Shown: positions 21,991 through 32,517, numbered from the stretch's first letter. The stretch is 64,000 nucleotides of DNA from an uncultured Planctomycetaceae bacterium (GCA_963833985.1 CAWIAD010000001.1:3104001-3168000), one strand, 5' to 3'. Notes: generated by a model not told the origin, from the letters alone. Translations and numbers: made by a program.

Positions 21991-23385
21991 ATGACCCGCA
22001 CCAGGATCATCCGCCGCAGCAAGCCGATGTCGGTCAGCCCGCTCAAGAGCAGCGCCACCATTGGCGCCGCTCTCGCGTTCATGGGCGTCGCCCGGGCAAT
22101 TCCGCTGATGCACGGAGCGCAGGGGTGTACGGCCTTTGGCAAGGTCTTCTTCGTGCGTCACTTTCGCGAGCCGATCCCGCTCCAGACCACCGCGATGGAC
22201 CAGGTGAGTTCAGTGATGGGTGCCGATGAGAACATCATCGAAGCTCTGGTCGCGGTCTGCGGCAAGCAGAAGCCCGACCTGGTGGGCCTGCCGACGACGG
22301 GGCTGGCCGAGACCCAGGGCACCGACATTCACGGGGCGGTCCGCCAGTTCCGCAACCGCTACCCTGAGTTTGCCGCGATCACCGTGGTGCCCGTGAACAC
22401 GCCGGATTACTCGGGATGCTTCGAGTCCGGTTACGCGCAGGCGGTGCGAGCGCTCATCGATACGGTCGTGCCCGAGACGCGAGCCGTCCGGCCCGCAGTA
22501 CCAAGACGCAACGGACGCGTTGCCGTGCTGGCCGGCTCGCTGCTCTCGGTGGGCGACGTCGAGGCGATCAAGGAGCTGATCGAGCTGTTCGGCTTGCAGC
22601 CGGTGGTCCTACCCGACCTGGCCGACTCGCTGGATGGACACCTGACTGACGAGGACTTCAATCCCTTGACGTACGGCGGCCTCTCCGTCGCCGAGCTGAA
22701 CGCACTGGGAACGGCCGACGCGACGATCGTCGTGGGCCGTTCGCTGAACGCGGCCGCCGACCTGCTGCATGAACGCACGGGGGTTCCGGATTACCGTTTC
22801 GACCATTTGCTCGGGCTCGAGGCCAGTGACGCCTTGGTCTACGCGCTGGCGGCGATCAGCGGCCGGGACGTGCCCGCGCACATCGAGCGGCAACGCGCCC
22901 AGCTTCAGGACGCCATGGTCGACACCCACTTCACGATCGGCCAGCGGCGGTACGCCATTGCGGCCGATCCAGATTTGATGCTCGGTTTCAGCCAGTTCCT
23001 CACCCAGATGGGCGGCGAAGTGGTTGCCGCCGTCGCTCCCGCGCACGGGCCTGCGCTGGAGTCGGTGCCGGCCGCCGAGGTGGCCGTGGGCGATCTGGAG
23101 GATCTCGAAAAGCAAGCGAGGGCGGCCTCCGCCGAGCTGGTGATCGGCAACTCGCACGCGGTGGAATCGGCGCGCCGACTGGGCCTGCCGATCTTCCGTG
23201 CGGGGTTTCCCCAGTTCGATCTACTGGGCGGTTACCAGCACACCTGCATCGGCTACCGGGGCGCCCGGCAGTTGCTGTTCGACCTGGCGAATCTGCTCCA
23301 GGAGCAAAGTCACACAGCCATTCCAGTCTATCGCTCGATCTATTCTCAGAAACAGGACCGGCCGGTCCAGGAGCGGGAACGATGA
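21991..23385 (+). CDS. nifN: FeMo-co scaffold NifN
   Basis: [44 protein letters not shown]. Confidence 0.97.
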   Translation: MTRTRIIRRSKPMSVSPLKSSATIGAALAFMGVARAIPLMHGAQGCTAFGKVFFVRHFREPIPLQTTAMDQVSSVMGADENIIEALVAVCGKQKPDLVGLPTTGLAETQGTDIHGAVRQFRNRYPEFAAITVVPVNTPDYSGCFESGYAQAVRALIDTVVPETRAVRPAVPRRNGRVAVLAGSLLSVGDVEAIKELIELFGLQPVVLPDLADSLDGHLTDEDFNPLTYGGLSVAELNALGTADATIVVGRSLNAAADLLHERTGVPDYRFDHLLGLEASDALVYALAAISGRDVPAHIERQRAQLQDAMVDTHFTIGQRRYAIAADPDLMLGFSQFLTQMGGEVVAAVAPAHGPALESVPAAEVAVGDLEDLEKQARAASAELVIGNSHAVESARRLGLPIFRAGFPQFDLLGGYQHTCIGYRGARQLLFDLANLLQEQSHTAIPVYRSIYSQKQDRPVQERER

Positions 23386-23870
23386 CAGGGTCGATCCCCG
23401 TGCAGCTGAAGATTTGCGATGACCGTGAAACGCCCTGCGAGCCGGCGCTGCTGGTGGCCTTCGCCAGCAGCGACATGACCGCCGTGGATCAGCATTTTGG
23501 GTCCGCGACGCGGTTCGTGGTTTATCGCGTCAGTGCACGCGAAGGGACGCTGCTCCATCTGACGCAGTTCGAGGAGACGAGCCAGGACGGCAATGAGTCG
23601 AAGCTGGCCGCCAAGATTGCGGCCCTCAGCGGCTGCTCGGCAGTTCTCTGCGTGGCCGTGGGTGCCTCGGCCCTGCGACAGCTCGTGGCCGCCGGCATCC
23701 AGCCCATCAAGGTGGAGCCTGGAAGCACGATCCGCGAGGCCGTGGCGCTTCTGGTCCAGGAGATCCAACGAGCTTCCACGCCGTGGGTGGTCAAGGGGCT
23801 GCGGCGTGCGGGTGGAACCCAGGAGTTCAGCCGGTTTGACGACATGGAACAGGGTGGCTGGAAAGGCTGA
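23382..23870 (+). CDS. nifX: NifX
   Basis: [32 protein letters not shown] motif. Confidence 0.93.
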   Translation: MTGSIPVQLKICDDRETPCEPALLVAFASSDMTAVDQHFGSATRFVVYRVSAREGTLLHLTQFEETSQDGNESKLAAKIAALSGCSAVLCVAVGASALRQLVAAGIQPIKVEPGSTIREAVALLVQEIQRASTPWVVKGLRRAGGTQEFSRFDDMEQGGWKG

Positions 23871-23989
23871 CCGCTGGACCCGGCCGGGTGTGCCGGTCGG
23901 GAGATTGGCGTCCCGGGCGATGCCCGCCCGCGGCGCAGATGACCTTTGAGTCGCGCGGACGGCCTTCACGGCGTCCGCGCCGGAGCTGG

Positions 23990-24448
23990 ATGTCCATGAG
24001 TACCACGACCGACCTGGCCCAACACGCGATCATTCGACAGATCGTCAAGCAGGTCCGGGCCAACGACACCTACGGTCAGTATGACCGGAGTACGACTGAA
24101 GAGCTGATCGCCCCGTTCATCGTCACAAAGGAGCAAAAGCACGAGATCCCCATCGTGGGTGACCCCGACGAGCAGACGATCGAGCGCGTGCGGGAGTATT
24201 ACAATGCCATCTCGTCGCTGGTCGAGGAAAGGACGGGGTTGATGGCGATCCCGATGATGAGCCTGACACATGAGGGGTTCGGCCGCGCGCTCATCACCGT
24301 GGGCAAGCTCGTTGTCTATGACCGGACGCTGCGCAACGTCCATCGCTACGGTTACAGCTCGGTCGAGCACCTGGAATCGGAAGCCGACAAGGCGCTCACC
24401 GGCATCCTGGGACTCATCGAGCGCTACCGAGAAGTGGCCGAGGACTGA
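23990..24448 (+). CDS. NifX-associated protein (DUF269)
   Basis: VRANDTYG, EIPIVGDPD, HEGFGR, LRNVHRYGY. Confidence 0.88.
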   Translation: MSMSTTTDLAQHAIIRQIVKQVRANDTYGQYDRSTTEELIAPFIVTKEQKHEIPIVGDPDEQTIERVREYYNAISSLVEERTGLMAIPMMSLTHEGFGRALITVGKLVVYDRTLRNVHRYGYSSVEHLESEADKALTGILGLIERYREVAED

Positions 24449-24467
24449 AACCGGAGATCGTTTCGCC

Positions 24468-24782
24468 ATGAGCACCAGCACGCTTTCGTATGTCGGCCGC
24501 ACGCGGGGCGGGGCCGAGTGGTACCCCAGATACGTCATGGCCCTGGACCAGTCGCGCTGCATCGGCTGCGGCCGGTGCTTCAAGTCGTGCTCGCGATCGG
24601 TTTTCCAGCTCGTCGCGCGGGAGACCGACGAGGATGACGACTGTGACGAGACCTCCAAGGTCATGCAGATTGCCGATGCATTCGACTGCATCGGCTGCGA
24701 GGCCTGCGGCAAGGTCTGCCCCAAGTCATGCCTCACGCACGAGTCAGTCGAGCAGTCTGCCGAGGCAGTTGCTGCAAGATGA
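24468..24782 (+). CDS. fdxB: nif-specific ferredoxin III
   Basis: TRGG.EW.P, CIGCGRCFKSCSR, acidic loop, CIGCEACGKVCPKSC. Confidence 0.9.
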   Translation: MSTSTLSYVGRTRGGAEWYPRYVMALDQSRCIGCGRCFKSCSRSVFQLVARETDEDDDCDETSKVMQIADAFDCIGCEACGKVCPKSCLTHESVEQSAEAVAAR

Positions 24783-24870
24783 GACGGATCCCGTTCTGGA
24801 AGCCAGCAGACCTTCTCCGTGCGGCCAGTGCCCGGAGGAGGTCTTGCCGTTAACGGAGCCGGTCCGCGAC

Positions 24871-24916
24871 TGTCGGATCTTCGACATGGACCGGTAAAAA
24901 TGTGAACTTCGCGACA
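24871..24916. promoter_or_regulatory. Two perfect NifA UAS upstream of nifU
   Basis: TGTCGGATCTTCGACA (24871-24886) and TGTGAACTTCGCGACA (24901-24916). Confidence 0.82.
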
Positions 24917-24980
24917 CCCACCGCGCCGCGCAAGCGTTGCGCGGCCGCATCCGGGACGGTGTGAAATTGAAGTCAGGGAT

Positions 24981-24996
24981 TGGCATCCTATTTGTT
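24981..24996 (+). promoter_or_regulatory. Sigma54 promoter of the nifU operon (GT in place of GC at -12)
   Basis: TGGCATCCTATTTGTT: GG-N10-GT, about 65 bp downstream of the UAS pair. Confidence 0.65.
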
Positions 24997-25116
24997 AGGC
25001 GAGTGGTCCGACGCGGATCAATGTCGTACCGACCAGCGAATCACCCAGTCCGGTGATCCATCTCCCGCGCGGTCGTAAACCGCCCCGAAACTCTCTCGCG
25101 ACGAAAGGTGTGCATC

Positions 25117-26031
25117 ATGTGGGAGTACTCCGAGAAAGTTCAGGACCATTTCTTCCACCCGCGGAACGCGGGCGCGCTGGTTGACGCCAATGCGGTGGGC
25201 GAGATCGGATCGATCGCCTGCGGCGACGCACTGCGGCTGATGCTCCGGGTGGACCCTGAGTCCGAACGGATCCTGGACGCGCGGTTCCAGACCTTCGGTT
25301 GCGGTTCCGCGATTGCGTCGTCCTCGGCGCTCACGGAGATCATCAAGGGCAAGTCGCTCGACGACGCGCTTCAGGTCTCGAACCAGGATATTGCCGACTA
25401 TCTCGACGGTCTGCCTCCCGAGAAGATGCACTGTTCCGTCATGGGGCGGGAAGCTCTCCAGGCCGCGGTCGCCAACTACCGGGGAGTGGCGCCGGCCGAA
25501 GATCACGAGGAAGGGGCACTGGTGTGCCACTGCTTCGGCATTCATGCCGGGCTGATCGAGGAGGTCGCGCAGAGCAACCGGCTGGCGACGGTGGAGGACA
25601 TCACGAACTACACGAAGGCGGGAGGCGGCTGCACTTCCTGCCACGAGAAGATCGAGGAAATGCTGGACCAGATCAAGGCGAAGCGGAGCCAGCGGCTGGA
25701 CCCGGTGGAGTCCGAGTGTCCGCCGCTACCGCGGGCACCGCGGTGGTCGGAGCTGACCATGCCCCAGCGGGTGCGCCGGGTCGAGTCCGTCATCGAGCGC
25801 ATCCGTCCCCAGTTGCGGGCGGACCACGGGGACATCGAACTCGTGGAGATCGATGGCAAGGCCGTCTTCGTCTCGATGCTCGGTGCCTGCAAGGGATGCG
25901 CGCAGGAGGCGGCCACGCTCGGCGGATTGCAGCAGAAGCTCATCGAGGAATTCGGCGAGCTGGTGACCGTACGTCCGGCCCATGCAATGGCTCTGGCCGC
26001 GGCCAGCCGGGGAGGCAATCACCATGGCTGA
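25117..26031 (+). CDS. nifU: Fe-S scaffold NifU
   Basis: [46 protein letters not shown] (three-domain NifU). Confidence 0.96.
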   Translation: MWEYSEKVQDHFFHPRNAGALVDANAVGEIGSIACGDALRLMLRVDPESERILDARFQTFGCGSAIASSSALTEIIKGKSLDDALQVSNQDIADYLDGLPPEKMHCSVMGREALQAAVANYRGVAPAEDHEEGALVCHCFGIHAGLIEEVAQSNRLATVEDITNYTKAGGGCTSCHEKIEEMLDQIKAKRSQRLDPVESECPPLPRAPRWSELTMPQRVRRVESVIERIRPQLRADHGDIELVEIDGKAVFVSMLGACKGCAQEAATLGGLQQKLIEEFGELVTVRPAHAMALAAASRGGNHHG

Positions 26032-27239
26032 TATCTATATGGACAACAACGCCACGACCAGGGTTGATCCCGCGGTCGTGGAGGCGATGCTCCCCTTCTT
26101 CACCGAGCAGTTCGGCAATCCCTCGTCGATGCACAGCTTCGGTGACCAGGTGGGCAAGGCGATCAAGAAGGCGCGGGGACAGGTGGCCGGGCTCCTCGGC
26201 GCGGCCCACGATTCCGAGATCATCTTCACCTCGTGCGGGACGGAGTCCGACTCGACGGCCATCCTCTCGGCCCTCAAGTCGCAGCCGGACCGCTGCGAGC
26301 TGATCACCACGGCCGTGGAGCACCCCGCCATTCTCAATCTCTGCGAGCACCTCGAGAAGCAGCTCGGCGAGGATGGCTACGTCGTGCACCGGCTGCACGT
26401 CGATTCCAAGGGCCGGCTTGATCTCCGCGAGTATCGCCGGCTGCTCGGGCCGCAGACGGCCGTCGTCTCGGTGATGTGGGCCAACAACGAGACCGGGACG
26501 ATCTTCCCGGTCGAGGAGATGGCCGAGATGGCGAAGTCCTGCGGCGCCCAGTTCCATACCGATGCGGTCCAGGCCGTGGGCAAGGTTCCCATCAACCTCA
26601 AAGAATCCACGATCGACATGCTGTCGCTCTCCGGCCACAAGCTGCATGCGCCCAAGGGGGTGGGCGTACTCTACCTGCGCCGCGGAACCCGGTTTCGACC
26701 GCTGCTGCGCGGAGGCCACCAGGAGCGGGGGCGGCGCGGGGACGGAGAACACCGCGTCGATCGTGGCCCTGGGCCAGGCGGCCGAGCTGGCATCGGAGCA
26801 CCTCGTCCTCGAGAACACCACCGTCAAGGCAATGCGCGATCGCCTGGAACAAGCCATCATCGAGCAGGTGCCGAACTGCTTCGTCACGGGCGATCGCTCC
26901 AGCCGCCTGCCCAATACCTCGAACATTGCGTTCGAGTACATCGAAGGCGAGAGCATCCTGCTCATGCTGAACCGCCTGGGCATCGCAGCGTCGAGCGGTT
27001 CGGCGTGCACATCGGGATCGCTGGAGCCCTCGCACGTGATGCGCGCCATGGGCATTCCCTACACCGCTGCGCATGGAACCATCCGGTTCTCGCTCTCGCG
27101 TTACAACACCATGGCCGAGGTCGAGCGTGTGATCCAGGCCGTGCCGGGGATCGTCCAGCAACTGCGCTCGCTCTCGCCTTACTGGAACGGTGACTGCCCG
27201 GTCGCCGCCGAGGCCGCGTTCGCTCCGAAGTACGCTTGA
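26024..27239 (+). CDS. nifS: Cysteine desulfurase NifS (frameshift near 26735)
   Basis: [43 protein letters not shown]. The [13 protein letters not shown] motif is split by a 1-base loss. Confidence 0.95.
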
Positions 27240-27271
27240 CCCATCGTCGATTATTCATCCTCGAGGCATTC

Positions 27272-28433
27272 ATGGCTCTCTCGAAGACGATCGTGCTCGA
27301 CGACACGACGCTGCGCGACGGCGAACAATCGGCGGGCGTGGCGTTCACGGTCCAGGAGAAGATGGCGATTGCCCAGGACCTCGATCGCGCCGGCGTGCCG
27401 GAGCTCGAGGTTGGCATCCCCAGCATGGGCGACGAGGAGCGCGAAAGCATCCTGGCCGTCGCCTCGAGCGGGCTGAATGCCAGGCTTCTGGTATGGTGCC
27501 GGATGCGGCAGGACGACCTGGACGCCTCGGCCGGACTGGGCGCCCACATGGTCGACCTGTCGATTCCGGTCTCCGACCTCCAGATCCGGCACAAGCTGCG
27601 GCGCGACCGGCCGGCCGTGCTGAGGACGATCCGCGAGCTTGTGCCGCAAGCCGTCGCGGCCGGCATGGAAGTCTGCGTCGGCGGCGAGGACGCGTCACGC
27701 GCCAGCATCACCTTCCTGCTCCGCGTCATCGAGGCCGCCGAGTGCGCCGGCGCACGACGGTTCCGGTTCGCCGACACGGTGGGTATCCTCGACCCCTTCC
27801 GGACCCACCGCATCTTTCGCAGGCTGCGACGATCCACCTCCATGGAGCTGGAGATGCACGCGCACGACGACCTGGGCATGGCCACGGCGAACAGCCTGGC
27901 AGCCGCACGCGCCGGCGCGACTCACGTCAACACGACCGTCAATGGCCTGGGCGAGCGCGCGGGAAACGCGCCACTGGAGGAAGTTGCCGTTGCTCTGGAG
28001 ATGCTTCACGGCGTGCAGACCGGGGTGGATCTCCGGCGCCTGCCTGCCGTATCCACCCGGGTCGCGCAAGCGTCCGGCCGGCAGGTCGGCTGGCAGAAGA
28101 GCCTGGTGGGTGAGGGGGTCTTCACCCATGAGGCCGGCATCCACGTCGACGGGCTGCTCAAGAACCGGCTCAATTACCAGGGGGTCGACCCCGCGCTCCT
28201 GGGCCGCGAACACCGTCTTGTTCTGGGCAAGCATTCCGGCTCGCATGCCGTGGAGCGGGCCCTGGTGGCCCTGGGGCTGGACGCCGACCCTGGCGAGGTC
28301 GCCGAGATTCTCCGGCAACTCCGGTCGTTCGCCGAAGCTTCCAAGCGGTCCCCCACCGAGCACGACCTGCGACTCCTGGTACGCCAGACTCGTCACTCAT
28401 CGACCCCTGCCCAGCGGAGGACTCGTCCCGTGA
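27272..28433 (+). CDS. nifV: Homocitrate synthase NifV (reads through into nifW as assembled)
   Basis: DTTLRDGEQSAG, FADTVG, MHAHDDLGMATANS, GLGERAGNA, FTHEAGIHVDG, LGKHSG. Confidence 0.93.
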
Positions 28434-28774
28434 TCAGCGACCCGATGCAGGAAGATCTTCAGGAGCTCGGCAGCGCCGAGGAGTTCCTGAACTACTTCGA
28501 AGTGCCGTTTGACGAGCGCATCGTACAAGTCAACCGCTTGCACATCCTTCAGAGATTTCACGATTATCTCGCGCGGGCCACGGCGGAGCGACCCCTTGCG
28601 GATGTCGTAAGCCGTGAGAGCTACAAGGCACTGCTGATGCGTGCCTACCAGGATTTCGTCGACTCCGACGCGATTACTCAGCGGGTCTTCAAGGTGTTCC
28701 ATGACGTCCGCGGCGAGAGCTTCGTGGCCGCGGAAACCATCGGCCTGCAACCAGGGAAGCCCACCCAGGAGTGA
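28430..28774 (+). CDS. nifW: NifW
   Basis: GGAGG then GTG at 28430. SAEEFLNYF, VNRLHILQRF, AYQDF, VFKVF. Confidence 0.9.
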   Translation: MISDPMQEDLQELGSAEEFLNYFEVPFDERIVQVNRLHILQRFHDYLARATAERPLADVVSRESYKALLMRAYQDFVDSDAITQRVFKVFHDVRGESFVAAETIGLQPGKPTQE

Positions 28775-28778
28775 CGCC

Positions 28779-29246
28779 GTGATTCCAGCATTTGATTATG
28801 GGGACATGGTGCGCGTCATCCGCACGATCCGCAACGACGGAACCTACCCCGATATGGAGACAGGCGCCCAGCTCGTGCGGGCCGGCAGCGTGGGGCACGT
28901 CCGCAACGTGGGGACCTTTCTTCAGGAGCAGATCATCTACGCCGTGCACTTCCTGGGAGAGGACCGGATCGTCGGTTGCCGCGAGGAAGAGCTGGTCTCC
29001 ATCGACGCGCCCTGGACCACGACCCGGTTCCTCTTCCGCGATTGCGTCGTGGCGCGCATCCCTCTGACCGTCGGCGGGCAAGTGGTCGTTGCCCAGGGTT
29101 CGGCGGGCGAGGTGGTCCAGCGCCTGGGTGACGGACCACAGGGACCAAGCTACCATGTCGGTTTCGGCAACCGCGTCTTTCAGGTACCGGAGTCGGCTCT
29201 GGACGAGGCTCCGGTCTGCGACCTGCCGGAAGATCCCGGCGCATGA
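28779..29246 (+). CDS. nifZ: NifZ
   Basis: P.FDYG..VRV.R.IRNDGTYP, GTFLQ.QIIY.VHF, VGCREEEL. Confidence 0.92.
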   Translation: MIPAFDYGDMVRVIRTIRNDGTYPDMETGAQLVRAGSVGHVRNVGTFLQEQIIYAVHFLGEDRIVGCREEELVSIDAPWTTTRFLFRDCVVARIPLTVGGQVVVAQGSAGEVVQRLGDGPQGPSYHVGFGNRVFQVPESALDEAPVCDLPEDPGA

Positions 29247-29280
29247 GACGACCCCAGGCGCGGACACGTGGAGCGACGCC

Positions 29281-30084
29281 ATGCTTCCCGAGCTTTCGGA
29301 CGACGAGCGGACACGCTACGACAGGCAGATCGGGCCGGGCGTTCTCACCGAGCAAGGACAGCAGCGCCTGAAGGCCGCGACGGCCCTGGTAACGCGGGTG
29401 GGCGGCGTCGGCGGGCCAGCGGCGCTGGCCCTGGCCATGGCGGGCCTTGGCAAGCTCATCATCGCGCACGGCGGCCCGCTGGAATCGCCCGACCTGAACC
29501 GGCAGGTGCTGGGCTCGGAAGCTGGCGTGGGGCAGCCCCGCGCCTGGCAATTCGCGGAGAACATCCGCAAGCTCTGCCGGTTCGTCGAAATTGACGTCAT
29601 CCCGCACGAACCCGACGAGGACGAGGCCGTCGAGCTGGCACGACGCGCGCAGATCGTGCTCAGTTGCCCCGCGGACTTCACGCACCGGCTCCGGCTCAAC
29701 CGCGCGGCCCACCGCGCCGGTGTGCCATTCATCGACGCCGCGCAGTGGGGCATGGCCGGTTCGCTTTTCGTCAGTGATGGAGCGACGACGCCGTGCCTGG
29801 AGTGCCTCTACCCGGAAGAGCCCCCGTTCGAGCCTCGGTTTCCGGTCGTGGGAGCGATCGCCGGGGCCATCGGCAACCTGGCGGCCCTCGAAGCCGTGAA
29901 GATTCTCAGCGGCACCGGCAAGCCAATCTGGGGACAGATGTTGCTCATCGACGGGTTCAGCGGCGAGACGCACAGGATCTGCCTGCAACGGCGGCCCACG
30001 TGCCCGGTGTGCGCTGGCTATCCTCCAGCGACCGGCGAGAAGATCAGGACCTCGTCCCCTTCACGGAGCGTCCTTTCGCGGTGA
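29281..30084 (+). CDS. hesA: HesA/MoeB/ThiF family E1-like adenylyltransferase
   Basis: RYDRQ, VGGVGG, DLNRQ, PCLECLYP, CPVC. Last gene of the nifU operon. Confidence 0.82.
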   Translation: MLPELSDDERTRYDRQIGPGVLTEQGQQRLKAATALVTRVGGVGGPAALALAMAGLGKLIIAHGGPLESPDLNRQVLGSEAGVGQPRAWQFAENIRKLCRFVEIDVIPHEPDEDEAVELARRAQIVLSCPADFTHRLRLNRAAHRAGVPFIDAAQWGMAGSLFVSDGATTPCLECLYPEEPPFEPRFPVVGAIAGAIGNLAALEAVKILSGTGKPIWGQMLLIDGFSGETHRICLQRRPTCPVCAGYPPATGEKIRTSSPSRSVLSR

Positions 30085-30269
30085 TCGGCGACCGTGCCGA
30101 GATGCTCGCCGCAGACTGCGACCATGGTGCCAGGGCCCAGCGCGCACTGCCAGGCGCGAACCGCGGACAGCGCCTCGTCGAGCGATGCCCCCTCGGGGAG
30201 TTCCAGGACCTCGGGAATTGACCCAGACTCTGGATACTGCCTCCCCGTAATCTTCACTCGTACCTTCAC
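30018..30269 (-). CDS. MoaD/ThiS-like ubiquitin-fold sulfur carrier
   Basis: About 83 aa ending LREGDEVLIFSPVAGG-stop (C-terminal diglycine). Confidence 0.82.
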   Translation of the reverse strand: MKVRVKITGRQYPESGSIPEVLELPEGASLDEALSAVRAWQCALGPGTMVAVCGEHLGTVADHRERTLREGDEVLIFSPVAGG

Positions 30270-30348
30270 TCGCCTTGCCTCCCAAGAATCTCTACGCGCT
30301 CTAGGCGGTTTTCTGACCGGTTGCAAGCAGCTTCTGAGGTCTTGGAAA

Positions 30349-30412
30349 GGGGGGCAGACATTCCTGTCTGCCAGGGCAGGCCGGCTCCGGCAGGCAGGAA
30401 TGCCTGCCCCCC
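30349..30412. repeat. REP-like inverted repeat pair
   Basis: GGGGGGCAGACATTCCTGTCTGCC (30349-30372) and GGCAGGCAGGAATGCCTGCCCCCC (30389-30412) are near-perfect reverse complements, and each arm is itself a hairpin. Confidence 0.75.
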
Positions 30413-30505
30413 TCAGTCTCAATCTGCGTTCCAAGTGAAAACCGCTCTAGACCTCGACAAGTCGCTCGCAGTGCATCGGCAGATCGCTCGCGCATGGAGC
30501 GTTTC

Positions 30506-30522
30506 TGCTCCATTTGTGTGCA
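30506..30522. promoter_or_regulatory. NtrC-like binding site upstream of the nifA promoter
   Basis: TGCTCCATTTGTGTGCA compared with consensus TGCACCA-N3-TGGTGCA (11 of 14 positions). Confidence 0.5.
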
Positions 30523-30637
30523 GAATGTGTGATCCAGGAAAGGCCTTTTTGTCGCAACTGTGGGATCTTGACAGGTCCCGCGGGCTAAAGCGAAGTCACC
30601 ATGCAGTTTACAAGCCGAGCTTCAACGGCCGCGAGGT

Positions 30638-30653
30638 TGGTGCGAGATTTGCA
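30638..30653 (+). promoter_or_regulatory. Sigma54 promoter candidate for nifA
   Basis: TGGTGCGAGATTTGCA: GG-N10-GC. Confidence 0.6.
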
Positions 30654-30907
30654 CTTGTGAGACTGATCCTCGATCGCAGCGATGCCGGACGAGCGGATTC
30701 CATCCACGATTGACGATCGCCAGCGGACGTCGTTGGTCAACGCACAAATGAATCGTCATCTTCTCGATGGCGATGCACGGTTGCAAGCCGTCGAAGCGAT
30801 TCCTTGCATCGGACGGTGGAAAGCTGACATCGGATGGGGATGGTCCCGCGGTCAAAAGCCGCGTGGATCCAGAGTTCCAGGTCCGTTGAAGCTCCCGGAG
30901 GGAAAAG

Positions 30908-32481
30908 GTGGAGCCGCTACCCTTGGCCTGCCCGGCGACTGATTGTGCATCCTGCCCGATCACGATTGAACGCGACATGTTCTTCAGCGTCAGCCAGATC
31001 CTGGCTCACTCGCTGGATCTGCGCCGCACGCTTTCCGATGTGCTTCAAGAGCTGGAGAACCGGGTCAATCTCACACGGGGCATCGTCACCCTGCTGGACG
31101 CGGAGAGTGGCGACCTGATCCTGGAGGCGATGATCGGCCCCGATGGAACGATTTTCAAGCCGGCCGACATCCGCTACCGGAGCGGTGAAGGGATTCTCGG
31201 TCAGATCCTCGCCGAGGGCCAGACCATCGTCGTGAGCCGGATCGCCGACGAGCCGAGGTTCATTGGCCGCCTGGGGATCTACGATCCCGAGCTACCATTC
31301 ATCGCCGTACCGATCCGGCTCGGCACGCGGATCGTAGGAGTGCTCGCGGCGCAGCCGCAACCATCGTCGGACGTCGACCTCAGGGACCGGGCACGCGCCC
31401 TGGAGATGGTCGCCAACCTGGTCGGTCAGGTGATCCGACTTTCGTGGAACATGGCCGAGGAGCGCAAGCACCTGGTCAGCGAGCGTGATCGTCTCTTGCA
31501 GGAAGTTCGCGGCCAGTACGGCTTCGACAATATCATCGGCCGCTCCGCGCTCATGCGGCGAGTCTTCGAGCAGATCCGCGCGGTCGCCAAGTGGACGACG
31601 ACCGTGCTCATTCGCGGAGAGTCCGGCACGGGGAAGGAGTTGGTCGCCAACTCCATCCACTACAATTCCCAGCGGGCCGACAAGCCGTTCATTCGCCTCA
31701 ACTGCGCTGCACTGTCGGACCAGCTTCTCGAATCCGAGTTATTCGGTCACGAGAAGGGGGCGTTCACCGGCGCGGGCGATCATCGCCTGGGGCGTTTTGA
31801 GCAGGCCGACGGCGGCACGCTTTTCCTGGACGAGATCGGCGAAATCTCCTCCTCGTTCCAGGCCAAGCTGCTGCGCGTCTTGCAGGAAGGGGAGTTCGAG
31901 CGGGTCGGCAGCTCCCAGACCCGCAACGTCGACATCCGGATTATCGCCGCCACCAACCGCAATCTCGAAGAAGACGTGCAATCCGGCAAGTTCCGAGAGG
32001 ACCTCTATTACCGGCTCAACGTGATGCCGATCTACATGCCGCCATTACGCTCGCGGATCGAGGACGTGCCTGACCTCTCCCGGGCGCTCGTCAGTCGTAT
32101 CGGCACGCGCCAGGGACGCCAGTTGCTCGTCACGGATTGTGCGCTGCGGCTCTTGATCCAGTACGATTGGCCCGGGAATATCCGTGAGCTCGAGAACGTG
32201 CTGGAGCGCGCCGCGGTCATGGCCGAGGACGGCATGATTGACCATGAGGCCCTCACGCTGAGCGGTCTCGAGGACCGCATCCTCTCGCGCGGCGGAAATC
32301 TGATCCAGCTTCAGCCCAAGGTGAACTTCAACGACCCTGACCTCGACGAGCGCGAGCGCATCGTCTCGGCGCTGGAGAGCCCGGCTGGGTTCAGGCCAAG
32401 GCCGCCCGCCTGCTCGGGATGACTCCCAGGCAGATTGCCTACCGGATCCAGCAGTTCAACATCAAGATGAGACGGCTCTGA
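30908..32481 (+). CDS. nifA: Nif-specific transcriptional activator NifA (frameshift near 32380)
   Basis: GAF domain, [34 protein letters not shown]. The [26 protein letters not shown] lies in the shifted frame ending at 32481. Confidence 0.95.
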
Positions 32482-32517
32482 TCGCCGCGGCCCCAGAACC
32501 GTGCGCAGCGAGCGAGC

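Noticed and set aside
30559..30573. TGT...ACA as a NifA autoregulation site
   Set aside because: The spacer is 9 bp, not 10.
30660..30907. nifL remnant or small ORF 30682-30942 in the nifA leader
   Set aside because: No PAS or GHKL motifs are recognisable in the frames I read, and the ORF overlaps the nifA start.
26024..32481. nifS and nifA as pseudogenes
   Set aside because: Each has a single-base indel like many housekeeping genes in the window, and all motifs are otherwise intact.
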